DNA of 64,000 nt, from the sequence record NC_048170.1; one strand, written 5' to 3'. The notes below the pieces were generated by a model, which worked only from the letters and a program-made list of their open reading frames with translations, was not told where the DNA came from and searched no databases. Shown one piece after another: positions 28,653 to 38,930 of the stretch (the stretch's first letter is position 1; each line of letters opens with the position of its first letter). Position numbers and translations under genes: made by a program.

Positions 28653-29442
28653 CCAATAATGCCGCAACGTTCCGTGCGAAACGAATTACCTTGTAATTGC
28701 GGGTCTGTTTGATATCTTCTTCCCCATCACTGTCACCTTCAGACGGATCTTCCCACATGAAGTCTTGTTCGTCCGCTTTCTGTAAATAGCGGTATAACTG
28801 CACCATGCTGCGTGCGGTCGGAGAGATAGCGCGAAGCTCATCCAATTCTTCATCAGTCAACAGAACATGCGGTGAACGCAGTGGTTCCATTGTTGTATTA
28901 CACAACAGACGAATCAGCAGATCGACGCACGGAATAACCGAACCTGGTGAGGCGATTTCTGGGTGTAACGTATAACCCCAATATACGGTGTTAAAATACG
29001 TCAAAACAGCAGGTAGTGACGGATGTTCCATCGCACGGCCAATTTGTTGTCTTACGATAGATGCACGATCGTTCAATACATCGAAAGTAATCTGTTGCGG
29101 TTCCATAACCGCAAGTGAAATACCGTACGCGTCAGCCACACCCAGGATTTCATGAAGGGTCGAACGTTCTTCTTCGGTGGATATTGTCCCGATCGCCTTA
29201 CGCCCCGCAAGGTCAATCAGCATCGGTGAAACAGCTTCTTTAACCGCATTAAAAGAAGCCTGGTAAGCGTGTTTATGAATATACAGTGTCCACGCTAATG
29301 CGCGCTCAGCCGCATGAAGCAGATCGACATAAGACAGTTCTTGATGGCATGGGCCATACACACTCACAGCAAGCTTGGTGGCTTTCTCAGAGGCTTGCAT
29401 AATAACATCTGGTGATTTAGGCATATCGCGTTCTTCTTGCAT
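28642..29442 (-). CDS. Hypothetical protein
   Basis: 266 aa; helical, acidic patch near the C-terminus. Confidence 0.7.
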   Translation of the reverse strand: MQEERDMPKSPDVIMQASEKATKLAVSVYGPCHQELSYVDLLHAAERALAWTLYIHKHAYQASFNAVKEAVSPMLIDLAGRKAIGTISTEEERSTLHEILGVADAYGISLAVMEPQQITFDVLNDRASIVRQQIGRAMEHPSLPAVLTYFNTVYWGYTLHPEIASPGSVIPCVDLLIRLLCNTTMEPLRSPHVLLTDEELDELRAISPTARSMVQLYRYLQKADEQDFMWEDPSEGDSDGEEDIKQTRNYKVIRFARNVAALLEKS

Positions 29443-29530
29443 CTTTTTAAATTCCTACTTAACAATAAAGTTCATATACGGCGTATGTATCCGTAGAATA
29501 ATGGGTTCTGGTAAGATCTTACATCAAAAT

Positions 29531-29573
29531 GACGGCATAAAAAGTACCTCCTTACCCATGTGGGTAAGGAGGT
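29531..29573 (-). terminator. Perfect 12-bp hairpin plus TTTTTATGCCGTC
   Basis: ACCTCCTTACCC-ATGT-GGGTAAGGAGGT at 29546-29573, downstream of the protease/RNAP operon. Confidence 0.8.
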
Positions 29574-29725
29574 TCGTCCATCACGACGAAAGGACGTTAT
29601 GTGACGCGGTGTCCATAACGGCCCTGGTAGCAGGCATTAAAGATAACAAAAAGGATGTAAGTTGAGCTAAACCACCTAAATACGGTAACGATTACTTCCG
29701 TACACAATATAACGCAACATCTTTT

Positions 29726-30535
29726 TTACCAATGATTAAAGCTGCCCGCTTTAACGACGTCACAGCGCAGATGGTTACGTAACTGATCCAGGAAGACAAC
29801 CGGACTGTCACCAGACAACATAGCCAGCGCGTGTTGGCCACCGGAACGAACAACAAGCTCATCAACCATTGGTGCTGTAATCGGGAGATCATACGCATCC
29901 ATGATTGCCTTGGCTTCCTGTTCTACGTCTTTCTGGAACCCTTCCATCGTCGGAGAGTCATATTTGGTTGCAAACTCGATCCCAGGTAAGTTAACGTAAT
30001 CGTAAGTCATGACACGGGTCATAACACGACGGCGCTCACGTTGCCAGATCTGAGGATCGGTTAACGCGCGAACCGAAAAACATACGTTCACTAGCGGTGT
30101 TTCAAAATCTTTACGTAATGGATCACCGTACGGTCCGCAAGGAATAACATCCCCCATCACCATCACGACAGGACGACCACGACGATCACGTCCAGCTTCC
30201 TCTAACCAAATCTTAGAAAAGCAATGGCTTACCTTCGTTTCTTCGATTCGTAATGCCCGCTGCAAAAAGCTGGTTGCATCCTGACCGATCTCTGGTTTAG
30301 GGTGACCGTATTCACCTTTCAACGAACGATTGCGTGCGTTTGTTTGCAATAAACTGTTTTCCAGGAACAGCGGTTTCGAACGCTCAAGTTCGTAATATTC
30401 TTCGGTATTGTTAAAACAGTTAAACCCGCCTATAACACAGGTGTAGGCACCGTCAGCATTAGGACGGATAATACCTTTCTTATTCACACCAAGATAACTG
30501 GTGCAAACAAGATTACTAATTGGTGGTTGCATCAT
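29726..30535 (-). CDS. Prohead (head maturation) serine protease, phiKZ gp175 / T4 gp21-like
   Basis: 269 aa; LKGEYGHP (catalytic His), FSVRALT (catalytic Ser), TYDYVNLPG. Confidence 0.9.
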   Translation of the reverse strand: MMQPPISNLVCTSYLGVNKKGIIRPNADGAYTCVIGGFNCFNNTEEYYELERSKPLFLENSLLQTNARNRSLKGEYGHPKPEIGQDATSFLQRALRIEETKVSHCFSKIWLEEAGRDRRGRPVVMVMGDVIPCGPYGDPLRKDFETPLVNVCFSVRALTDPQIWQRERRRVMTRVMTYDYVNLPGIEFATKYDSPTMEGFQKDVEQEAKAIMDAYDLPITAPMVDELVVRSGGQHALAMLSGDSPVVFLDQLRNHLRCDVVKAGSFNHW

Positions 30536-30614
30536 AACCCCTTTATAAGCAACTGAATGAAAAAAGCGTTACATTCCCGCTTTTACGTCAAGAAGGTGAC
30601 GCGTAAGCGTTATA

Positions 30615-31346
30615 TCACCATTCATACGATCCGGCGCACTGATGCCCCAACAGTACCAACGCGTCGTCTTTGGCAGCTAGGTATTTCTCTAACGTTATCC
30701 GTGAAACAGACACATTAGAGAAATCCATCACACCTAAGCGATGATCGTAATGGTTAATTTGCATCCGGTAGTAACCTTTCTTTACCACCAGAAACTCGCC
30801 TTGACGCAACCATAGCGGAACGTTGTCAACCTCCGCATGGATATAAAACACTGGACATTCTGTCGTAACGGAGTTTTCCTTCCCATCGCTATCTGTAATC
30901 TTCCCTTTGGGAACAGCCGCGATAAAACATTCTCCGATACGCTCGGTTTGATACCCGTTTGGATAGCGCGGATCGTGAAATAACCAGTGCTCATCGCTAA
31001 TATCAACATCGGATAATAACGTACGATGTGGACGTAAGGCGATATCAAACGGAACACGATAAATAACGTACCCGCCTAACCAATGGGCTAAGTGACCGCC
31101 AGAAAAATACTGCTTGATTGCGGTACTGTAACCGTATATACAACCCATCAAACTGCTGGATACACAGATCCTTGGAAACGACCCGTCTTCCATACGCAAA
31201 GTACGTTGAGGGATACGTGGCATCATCGTTTTCAGTTCGGTATCGGTGCTGATGTGCAATAAACCGAAAGGAAGCGTTTTACTCGGCACCCACGCACAAC
31301 GTTCCATAATCGCTCTTGGGACAATAGTCTCGATAGACGATAACAT
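30615..31346 (-). CDS. Hypothetical protein with a HIS ... PRIP ... ED ... PRICVS motif
   Basis: 243 aa; the motif is visible in the sequence but function is not established. Confidence 0.7.
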   Translation of the reverse strand: MLSSIETIVPRAIMERCAWVPSKTLPFGLLHISTDTELKTMMPRIPQRTLRMEDGSFPRICVSSSLMGCIYGYSTAIKQYFSGGHLAHWLGGYVIYRVPFDIALRPHRTLLSDVDISDEHWLFHDPRYPNGYQTERIGECFIAAVPKGKITDSDGKENSVTTECPVFYIHAEVDNVPLWLRQGEFLVVKKGYYRMQINHYDHRLGVMDFSNVSVSRITLEKYLAAKDDALVLLGHQCAGSYEW

Positions 31347-31347
31347 A

Positions 31348-32058
31348 TCACCCCCTCAGAATCGCTTCTGTTTCGCTGATCGTATCCGCAGGATAAACCA
31401 AACTACTATCGATTGCGTTATTCACGTAACCACCCATTAAGTTGGTGATGGTGTTTGTGCCGCTATCGATAATGTTTCGTAATCCGATGTCGATGGCTTT
31501 TAAGGTGCTGCGTTCCTCATCCGAAAGCAAACGCCATGCTCGACGACGATCGTTGGGGTCACGTGTGGTGATAGAAGCCAGAACAGAATAGATGCTGCTA
31601 TCCGCATTCAGTTTAACGCCTGCCAATTTCGCTGACGTGTAGAGCAGCTGATATTTTTCTTTCTCAGTGTACCACCATGGCACCTTACCGAGCGTATAGA
31701 TCTCGTTATACATCAGCCATGGGAAAGAGTTTCGCATCACGACATCGGTCGACACCAACACCGTGTCGCCGGGAAGAAACACAAATTCATAAAACGGCTG
31801 GCCATCCATGGTAATTTCACGGATGTCAGAAGGGTCGATATGGAGCTGGGTCAATGCGTGGCTGACACCATACTGACCATCAGGAAGAATAATCGGGCAG
31901 CACGCACAAACCCGGTTCTCACTCCCGATGATAGATAAACCCAATCCCTCGTAACGGACGGGTGTCAGAATCGAACACCCGCCACGAGTAACAACAGATT
32001 TATCTTCTTGTATGTCCCAGTCCGCAAGCACCGCAGCACCGTTGCGGACAAGCGCCAT
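31348..32058 (-). CDS. Virion RNA polymerase beta' C-terminal subunit (SPN3US gp244-like)
   Basis: 236 aa; C-terminal IGLRNIIDSGTNTITNLMGGY resembles the beta' clamp-end segment; position next to the protease matches recalled synteny. Confidence 0.65.
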   Translation of the reverse strand: MALVRNGAAVLADWDIQEDKSVVTRGGCSILTPVRYEGLGLSIIGSENRVCACCPIILPDGQYGVSHALTQLHIDPSDIREITMDGQPFYEFVFLPGDTVLVSTDVVMRNSFPWLMYNEIYTLGKVPWWYTEKEKYQLLYTSAKLAGVKLNADSSIYSVLASITTRDPNDRRRAWRLLSDEERSTLKAIDIGLRNIIDSGTNTITNLMGGYVNNAIDSSLVYPADTISETEAILRG

Positions 32059-33582
32059 TTACACCTCGCTAATCTGGATAACGTAAAGCTGCTGGACCAC
32101 GTAATCGGTGGTCAGATGCATCGTTGCGATGGTTGCTGCTTCGAACACCGTGAGTTCAGGACGTTCACGCATAATCAAATCGATCTCATCGATAAGACGG
32201 TTAACGCCTTGAGCGTCTTCATGATGCATCGTTTTCACGTACAGCGTACGGAAATACTGCTGGAAATTAGCTACGTCGGTATCGGTAAGGGTAGCAACTT
32301 CACCACGCACAATTTCCATGACCTTCTTACGGGTATCTTCATCGAGGTCCACAGTAATCAGATCAGCAAATACACCCTGCAATGCCAGCGCATATGCACG
32401 TAAGCGGTTTGCGGCTTGCTGGCTGGCTTTCATGTTGATGTAGTTACGGTAATGCTGCATGAAGCCTGCGCCGTTAGCCAGCAGCTCATCTTTACTGATG
32501 AGTTCGCGCTCTAACAGGACAGCTGCGGTTAGTGCTTCCGGTGAACCGCCTTCTTGCAGATAACCCATGTAGACATCCGCGTTAACGAAAATCGTCATCG
32601 TTGACGCATCTTCAGCACGTTGAATCTGAGAAGCTGACGGTGCAGAAAGAATCAGTTCACCACGCTCCATACGCAGAATACGATCACGACCGACGCGTGC
32701 CATCCCGTTGATCGCCGCAGCACGAGCTTGTTGCATTTTAGCGCGGTAGTTTTCAAGCATCATGTCGTTGCCGTCCTGGATGTCTTCCAGCAGGTTAACG
32801 GCCCACATATAGCAGAGGAATGCAGGAGTTGCCGCAGCGCGGGAACCGTGGAATGCAACGTTATCGCTATCCGGATATGTAATCAGATAAGCGGTGTTGT
32901 TCGAAGAAGGAGCGGAACCACGGAAGAAATAGTTGTAGATGTCTTCCAGTGCCTGATCGCTCATCCCTTCCGTCGCTTGCTGTACAAAACGATCCAGGTT
33001 TTCATTACCGGTATACAGCAACGTACGCAGCTTGTCACCAGTGATAAACGCAAGCTTTTCGGTTGGGGTGAAATCGTTATTAATCGAAATCAAGCCATTG
33101 AGATCGTAATCGCTAACTAAGGCCTGGTACTCTTCGGAGTTATAAAACTCAGGATAGTAACTCAGACTTACCGTCGGGATCAGTTTCGGTGCCAGGATGA
33201 TCGAATCGATACGTTTTTCCAGTTCCGGGTACAGCGCACGGCATTTCGGCAGGATGGTATTACGCGCCAACTCTTTGGCATACACCACTTTTTCCACCAC
33301 GTCTTGAACTGCGGTCTGTAAAACTTCATCGTGGATATAAACCTCGCGTTCGCTGGCAGGTGCTACAACGCCATCTTCGGTTTCATCGAGTGTTTCAGCA
33401 ACAACCATACGTTCAGCACTAAGTTGCACCAACGCATCCGCGTCTTCCGGTGGCTGGTTCCAATGCATGGTTTCACAAACCGCGGCTAACGGGGTACCTG
33501 GAATCGCAGCGACGATTTGGTTACGTTTGATAAACCCTTCGACAATAGGCTCAACAGCATAAACGGTTTTATTGGTGATCAT
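32059..33582 (-). CDS. Virion head protein (phiKZ gp177 / SPN3US gp243-like)
   Basis: 507 aa, helical; synteny between the RNAP subunit genes. Confidence 0.65.
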   Translation of the reverse strand: MITNKTVYAVEPIVEGFIKRNQIVAAIPGTPLAAVCETMHWNQPPEDADALVQLSAERMVVAETLDETEDGVVAPASEREVYIHDEVLQTAVQDVVEKVVYAKELARNTILPKCRALYPELEKRIDSIILAPKLIPTVSLSYYPEFYNSEEYQALVSDYDLNGLISINNDFTPTEKLAFITGDKLRTLLYTGNENLDRFVQQATEGMSDQALEDIYNYFFRGSAPSSNNTAYLITYPDSDNVAFHGSRAAATPAFLCYMWAVNLLEDIQDGNDMMLENYRAKMQQARAAAINGMARVGRDRILRMERGELILSAPSASQIQRAEDASTMTIFVNADVYMGYLQEGGSPEALTAAVLLERELISKDELLANGAGFMQHYRNYINMKASQQAANRLRAYALALQGVFADLITVDLDEDTRKKVMEIVRGEVATLTDTDVANFQQYFRTLYVKTMHHEDAQGVNRLIDEIDLIMRERPELTVFEAATIATMHLTTDYVVQQLYVIQISEV

Positions 33583-33815
33583 TACTGCGCTCCCTCCAAC
33601 GCATTACTACCTACGGGTTCTTTGGTTTCCAGACGGCTGTTTAGGCGCGCAGCAACCGCATCTTCCAATCCCAACGGCATAACCTTTTTGTTCACGTCAG
33701 GATCGGCGGCATCATTACCAACGGTTTGACGTACGACCTCAGCAACCAACGTTACCGCGTTCGTCAGCGCAACAAAGCTCGCTGCCCGAGCCGTGTTAAG
33801 TTGTTCTTGGTTCAT
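33582..33815 (-). CDS. Small hypothetical protein
   Basis: 77 aa; aaGGAaaagtgaATG; TAATG coupling at 33582. Confidence 0.7.
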   Translation of the reverse strand: MNQEQLNTARAASFVALTNAVTLVAEVVRQTVGNDAADPDVNKKVMPLGLEDAVAARLNSRLETKEPVGSNALEGAQ

Positions 33816-33916
33816 TCACTTTTCCTTTTAATGTCAGAGCATCGCATTCTTGACATACGTCAAGAAGGTACTGCGTTCAGCGAAATAAACGAGCAGGGGC
33901 ATGAAGCCCCCTGCTC

Positions 33917-36900
33917 TTATTTGGCGTCGTTAAAATAAATATCAACAGCTCGTTCCGTTGCGTAGAGGAGACCAAGATTCACAGTCCCAACCACTTCCGG
34001 TGAACCGATGATACGGTTAGCGATACTGGTGCCACTGAAGATAGCATCAAGGGTGTGCCCGTCTTCGGTTTTGTTCACACCATGACCCACGGAAGAGACA
34101 ACGGATTTCGCTTGTGCTGCGAAGGTACCTTTATCACCCATCCCCGCACCAAGGTCGTAACGCATGAAAATACGGATGGCGATCTGGTTCTCGCCTAACG
34201 GATTACCGTCTATTCTTACGTTACTGTTGTTGATACGCCCCGTTGTTGCTTCGTTGAGTTTCAGTTCCTTAACGCGTTTAGCTCGTGCTTTATCCGCATC
34301 GCCGACGAGCGCTGCCATGGTTTCACTCATATCCTCAATCTGAGCGCGGTACAATACATCGATCTGTACAACTTCACCATGAACGTCAGCACGTGGGTTA
34401 TACTGACTCATACGCCGTAATGCTTCAACGGCTTCCTGACTCTCATCACTCAGATCGGTCGCAATCGGTTCTTCCAGTGTTGCAAGGATCGTTCGTGGTT
34501 CAACATGATCGCCGATTTTCACGAGACCACGAATGTTGAGATGGGCGTCAACGATGAGTGTACGACTCTTAATCGATGGTGTTACGAGACGATCGGCAAG
34601 ATTGTCGAAGATATACGAACTGTCCTCGTGCGTCTCTGGAATATCCAGAATACCGACAAGAGACAGAACACCTGCGCGCCAAACAACCTGACCTGGGTTC
34701 CACCAATCGCGTTTAAAATAAAGACGATGGAAAACCACCACATCCTGATCCTTAACGCGATCCCCGACTTTATAATCGGTAATGAGATCGTGAGGATAAT
34801 ACTTACCTGGTCCTTTCCCGATTATCGTGCCGAGTTGGAAAACCTCTTCTCCTAACTCTGGATCGTCGTATTGTATCGTAAGCGCAGTTTTGGTGACCTT
34901 CTTAACAACACCATCGCCTTGGGCAGCTGCTGCGAAGAGTTTACCAACACGATGCGCGATGACTGTCTCGCCACCCGTACGCCATGGTTGTACATCGTAA
35001 CCTTCAGCAGCAATCATGCGGTTGTGTTGGATTCCGACAAAAACCAGACGTTTTCCATCGTCACGGTCTACAGCCGGAACAGCTAACGCCGACGTACTCA
35101 TTACCGATGAGATACCATCTGTCTTTTCATCGAATGGTCGTGTTTCACCATACACCGACACGATATTAGCATTAGGTGCAAGGTAAGCAGAGATACCCAC
35201 ATCCCCACTATCTTTCGTACCCTCTGACACAATACCAACATCAGACTTGTCGTATTCACGATCGCGTGCGCGTCGAAGCGATGTCTTTGAACGACCTCCG
35301 ATACCGGTCATCGTTGCTTCTTCACCTTGCTTGATATCCAGCATTGGGTTGGTTTCATCAATGACGATAGAAGCACTGTCGTCAAGGATTTGGTTCCAAA
35401 CGCTCACCGGACTGATTGAGATCTTCTGTCGGTTGCCTTGGCTGCTGTTCTCATTCTGACGAATAGCGCCAACCAGGTCCTTATACACCAATTCAGCGAA
35501 CTTATCGTACGTTTTAAAACGTTGGTAGTTCACATCGTTCGTGTTAGGTGCCCAATCATCCAGAAGCAGTTCAACAGCACGCAGTAGCAACATGGCGAAA
35601 TCAGTAGGTTCTCCCATGTTCTGTAATAGCGTACGGCTTACCGGATCAACGAAAAGACGCTCCATGAGTTCAAGTTCGCGTAAATGGCGAACCTTAAGTC
35701 CAGCACCATCGACAACGTTAAAATAGATATCACGATTGTCAAAAGCGCCGCGAGCGTAACCGATGTAGTTACGGTACTCGTTAAACCCACCCAGCAACAA
35801 CGTCGTCATGCGATCGTCTTTACTGAAAATCAAACTTTCATCGTCAAAGCTCACCGCGAATTCATCTGCTGCTAACCCCATACGAGAACCACGAGGTACC
35901 GTACGATAGTTTGCTTTAAGATGTTCTAATAACGGGGTAAGTCCGCCCAGATAACTTAGAACAACGCCAACCGGAATACGTACACCCATGAATTCAAGAT
36001 CGGCGGCTTCGATCGGCATCTTAGCCGCATTGATACCGAAGAAATCAGGGAACGTCCCTACAGGTGTTGGTGTTTGTCCTGACTGACAGATATAGAGCTG
36101 ATTGCGTTCATCGATCGCTAGGAACTCACCCGATGTGTTACGTGCGAACGTCAGGAGTCCTTCGGCTAACTGTTCGTTGAACCGATCTTCCCCAATGAAC
36201 TCCGGCAATGTTTTTATATCGAGACGTATATCCCAATCAGCAAATTGGATTTGGGTATAGTTGCGTGCAAGCACAGCGAAGTAATACGGGACTTTGACAG
36301 CCGGATCAAAGACGTTACCACGTTTTAACGTTGTTAAGGGTGAGGACTTATCGTAATACATCGCCGTAAGTTGACGTGTTAGCCAACGACCGGCGTTATT
36401 AACGACGCGCTCTGAACGTTTAACAAACACCTTACCGTAGGCGGTACTTAATGCAACTTCGGATGATGATACCTTTCTAATAGGTTTATCAACACGTTGT
36501 TTACGCATCCGGTACTTGATGCCGTTAACAACATAAATGCCATCCTTACGAACCTTCGGCAACATCACCGGGAACGTGGTTGGGACACCGCCTACAGGGG
36601 CCAGTTTAATCGTGATGACTTGATAATCCCCCATCACGTCAACAACATCTTCGACTTTATATCCCGTAACAGGGTAACCTGCTTGCTGTACCGCAACAAC
36701 GGCAGCTGCGATGTCCTTTTGCATTACATGCTCAACGTAATGTTTATCCCACACCGCAAGCGTCGATTTACATAGGCTCTTATCGACGATAACATCCGCT
36801 TCCGGCATAACCTTTGCGGGAGCTAATTTTGCGGCTTTTGGTTTAACTTCAACATACTCGGCAAGCGTGAGTCCAGAACCGTCGGGCGCTTCGATTTCAT

Positions 36901-38263
36901 GAATAGCGTCGGCATTACGCATCGCTGCTTTATATTGGACGCCGCTTAACTGACCCGCATCCGCCAGATCGCTCGCGCGCACCAACACCGCATCCGATAA
37001 CGACTGAATATATTCACCGTGCGTTTTTGGTAACGTTGCCGCGTCAAAGACATCAACCTTTTCTTCTTCGGTATCGTCGGTAACGACTTCGAAGAGATCG
37101 TCGGTAATGTCCTGATCTTCATCGGGTTGGAAATCTGGTTGTACTTCTACCCCGGGTACTTCACGGACATCTTCGAACGCGCGTTCTACAATGGCGTTCC
37201 ACGCATCAGCGTCATCGTCTTCATCCGACCCACCGACCAACTCCGCTTCTAACTCGTCGGGGTCAAGAACAGTGGCCAGATCCTCCCCGTTAGGAAGCAT
37301 GACGTCACGATCATCGTACTCCGCATCCGGGCTGTCCGCAAGAATATCTCGCTCTTGACGAAGAACCTGTTCCTCTTCTTGTTTCTGTTCTTCTTCATTC
37401 GCACTCTGCGACCACAGACGTGTTACCGCCATCATCCAACGACGCTGGAAGGTTTCAAGTGTCGTTTTATCGAGTTCTTCCCCTTCCTTTACAAGTCCGG
37501 TACGCCATTCTTCCAGTAGACCAAGATTCAGCGTAAAGAAGTACACACCGTCTGTAAATACAACGTTAAGCTTATCCAGCGTGGCTCTGTCTAACGAAGC
37601 CATCGTGCTGTTCTCACGATCGACGCCCAGCCAGCGGAAGAAGTCAAAGAACGACAGCTCCTCCGGCGTGGCGAAATTCATGAGGTTGTTACGGGTCGGT
37701 GCCTGTTGCGTGGTACGCATCAACGAAATCTTCGGCAATGTTGACGGTATACGGAACAACAAAAAGTGTTGACGATCGCTTTGCTGTGCGATTTCGTTGG
37801 CTTTCGACCAAATTGTTTTACGCACGTTGAACCATTCATCATACCAACGGGTGAGCGTTGGACGATAGATGTACATGTGGTTAAGATGTGCGTAGTTAGC
37901 AACGATCTGAGCGTTGATGTTTTTCTCCACCGTACTTAGATCGGTAACCAAACGAAAACGACGATGCGATGCACGATAATCCAATTTCGCTCGTGGAAGT
38001 TGGAATCGTTGATCGCGTCGAGGTGCACCCTGTTTGGTTGCGAGATCATCAGCAAACGAAATCCATAGTTGAGCACTTTCTTTACTCAGCATGTATTCGT
38101 TTTCTGGAGGACCTATCAATGAAGGATCCGTTGCGGTGTAATGATAGACAGCATAACGCGGCAGCTGCAATAGCTGCACTAAACGTAATCTCGGTGACAA
38201 TAGCTCTTGGTAGCGTCTGACACCAAACTGTCGGTAGTAATCAAGGTATTTAAGTTTTGCCAT
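33917..38263 (-). CDS. Virion RNA polymerase beta subunit, N-terminal part (phiKZ gp178-like)
   Basis: 1448 aa. TGIGGRS, DSGDVGISAYL, RLVFVGIQHNR, and GMGDKGTFAAQAKSVV (beta GDK motif). Acidic linker around aa 290-410. Confidence 0.9.
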   Translation of the reverse strand: MAKLKYLDYYRQFGVRRYQELLSPRLRLVQLLQLPRYAVYHYTATDPSLIGPPENEYMLSKESAQLWISFADDLATKQGAPRRDQRFQLPRAKLDYRASHRRFRLVTDLSTVEKNINAQIVANYAHLNHMYIYRPTLTRWYDEWFNVRKTIWSKANEIAQQSDRQHFLLFRIPSTLPKISLMRTTQQAPTRNNLMNFATPEELSFFDFFRWLGVDRENSTMASLDRATLDKLNVVFTDGVYFFTLNLGLLEEWRTGLVKEGEELDKTTLETFQRRWMMAVTRLWSQSANEEEQKQEEEQVLRQERDILADSPDAEYDDRDVMLPNGEDLATVLDPDELEAELVGGSDEDDDADAWNAIVERAFEDVREVPGVEVQPDFQPDEDQDITDDLFEVVTDDTEEEKVDVFDAATLPKTHGEYIQSLSDAVLVRASDLADAGQLSGVQYKAAMRNADAIHEIEAPDGSGLTLAEYVEVKPKAAKLAPAKVMPEADVIVDKSLCKSTLAVWDKHYVEHVMQKDIAAAVVAVQQAGYPVTGYKVEDVVDVMGDYQVITIKLAPVGGVPTTFPVMLPKVRKDGIYVVNGIKYRMRKQRVDKPIRKVSSSEVALSTAYGKVFVKRSERVVNNAGRWLTRQLTAMYYDKSSPLTTLKRGNVFDPAVKVPYYFAVLARNYTQIQFADWDIRLDIKTLPEFIGEDRFNEQLAEGLLTFARNTSGEFLAIDERNQLYICQSGQTPTPVGTFPDFFGINAAKMPIEAADLEFMGVRIPVGVVLSYLGGLTPLLEHLKANYRTVPRGSRMGLAADEFAVSFDDESLIFSKDDRMTTLLLGGFNEYRNYIGYARGAFDNRDIYFNVVDGAGLKVRHLRELELMERLFVDPVSRTLLQNMGEPTDFAMLLLRAVELLLDDWAPNTNDVNYQRFKTYDKFAELVYKDLVGAIRQNENSSQGNRQKISISPVSVWNQILDDSASIVIDETNPMLDIKQGEEATMTGIGGRSKTSLRRARDREYDKSDVGIVSEGTKDSGDVGISAYLAPNANIVSVYGETRPFDEKTDGISSVMSTSALAVPAVDRDDGKRLVFVGIQHNRMIAAEGYDVQPWRTGGETVIAHRVGKLFAAAAQGDGVVKKVTKTALTIQYDDPELGEEVFQLGTIIGKGPGKYYPHDLITDYKVGDRVKDQDVVVFHRLYFKRDWWNPGQVVWRAGVLSLVGILDIPETHEDSSYIFDNLADRLVTPSIKSRTLIVDAHLNIRGLVKIGDHVEPRTILATLEEPIATDLSDESQEAVEALRRMSQYNPRADVHGEVVQIDVLYRAQIEDMSETMAALVGDADKARAKRVKELKLNEATTGRINNSNVRIDGNPLGENQIAIRIFMRYDLGAGMGDKGTFAAQAKSVVSSVGHGVNKTEDGHTLDAIFSGTSIANRIIGSPEVVGTVNLGLLYATERAVDIYFNDAK

Positions 38264-38266
38264 GGG

Positions 38267-38446
38267 TTAGGCTCCACGAGGTCCCGTTAAGTTGCGTAAT
38301 AGGAACGCAACCGTATCGTAACCAATATCAATGTTGAATTTATTTTTACCACTTACCCAGAAAGCTCGCTTCTTGTGCGAGTTGGTAATTTCGTCAATAG
38401 CTTCCATGGAATAAAGAACGTTAACCGAGACCGTATCACCGTCGAA
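38267..38446 (-). CDS. Exon 2 of the virion RNAP beta' N-terminal subunit (not in the ORF track)
   Basis: Reads FDGDTVSVNVLYSMEAIDEITNSHKKRAFWVSGKNKFNIDIGYDTVAFLLRNLTGPRGA*; stop 3 nt before the beta start. Confidence 0.92.
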   Translation of the reverse strand, partial: FDGDTVSVNVLYSMEAIDEITNSHKKRAFWVSGKNKFNIDIGYDTVAFLLRNLTGPRGA

Positions 38447-38930
38447 CCTTGTCTTCGCCTCAGGTCGCTACGCTGAGACCGCCTGCATGGATACGTACAT
38501 CACAGGCTGCTTGCACTTTCATGCAAGAGGAGACTATATCAAACCGTCAGCTTCACTTTCTCGATCATATCGAGAATGCGGCGCTGAAGTATTCTTCAGC
38601 AGCACCTGTTACGGTAACCTACACTTCGAAGACGCTTGTCCTCTACAGGGTGGTAAATCCCTTAGTCGTTGAACCTGCGTTGTTTCACATTCTTACAACC
38701 AAGAATGCCGTATTGCTACGCAATAACCAGGCTGCTGATTGCCCATTGTCTCGCACCTTAGCACCGCTTACGCGGCTTTTCTTTCAGCCTAAGCCTCTTA
38801 CGGAGGTAGTGCATCTCAACTGTTGTTTCTGCCTTTCGGCACCTCATGGGTCGTTGAGCTTTAGGGGTTCCCAGCAATTCGTAGGTTTTTCAAGCACTCC
38901 CTTTCAGGAATACCGGACCTTATAGAAAAG

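Noticed and set aside
29574-29725. Possible ncRNA between the protease stop and its terminator (CGTTATG/CATAACG hairpin; palindrome GTAAGATCTTAC at 29511-22)
   Set aside because: Only short stems that could be chance in a 3' UTR; no family resemblance.
38449-38925. 158-aa + strand ORF (and 38487..38672)
   Set aside because: Exactly antisense to the intron catalytic core; no SD and no protein-like character.
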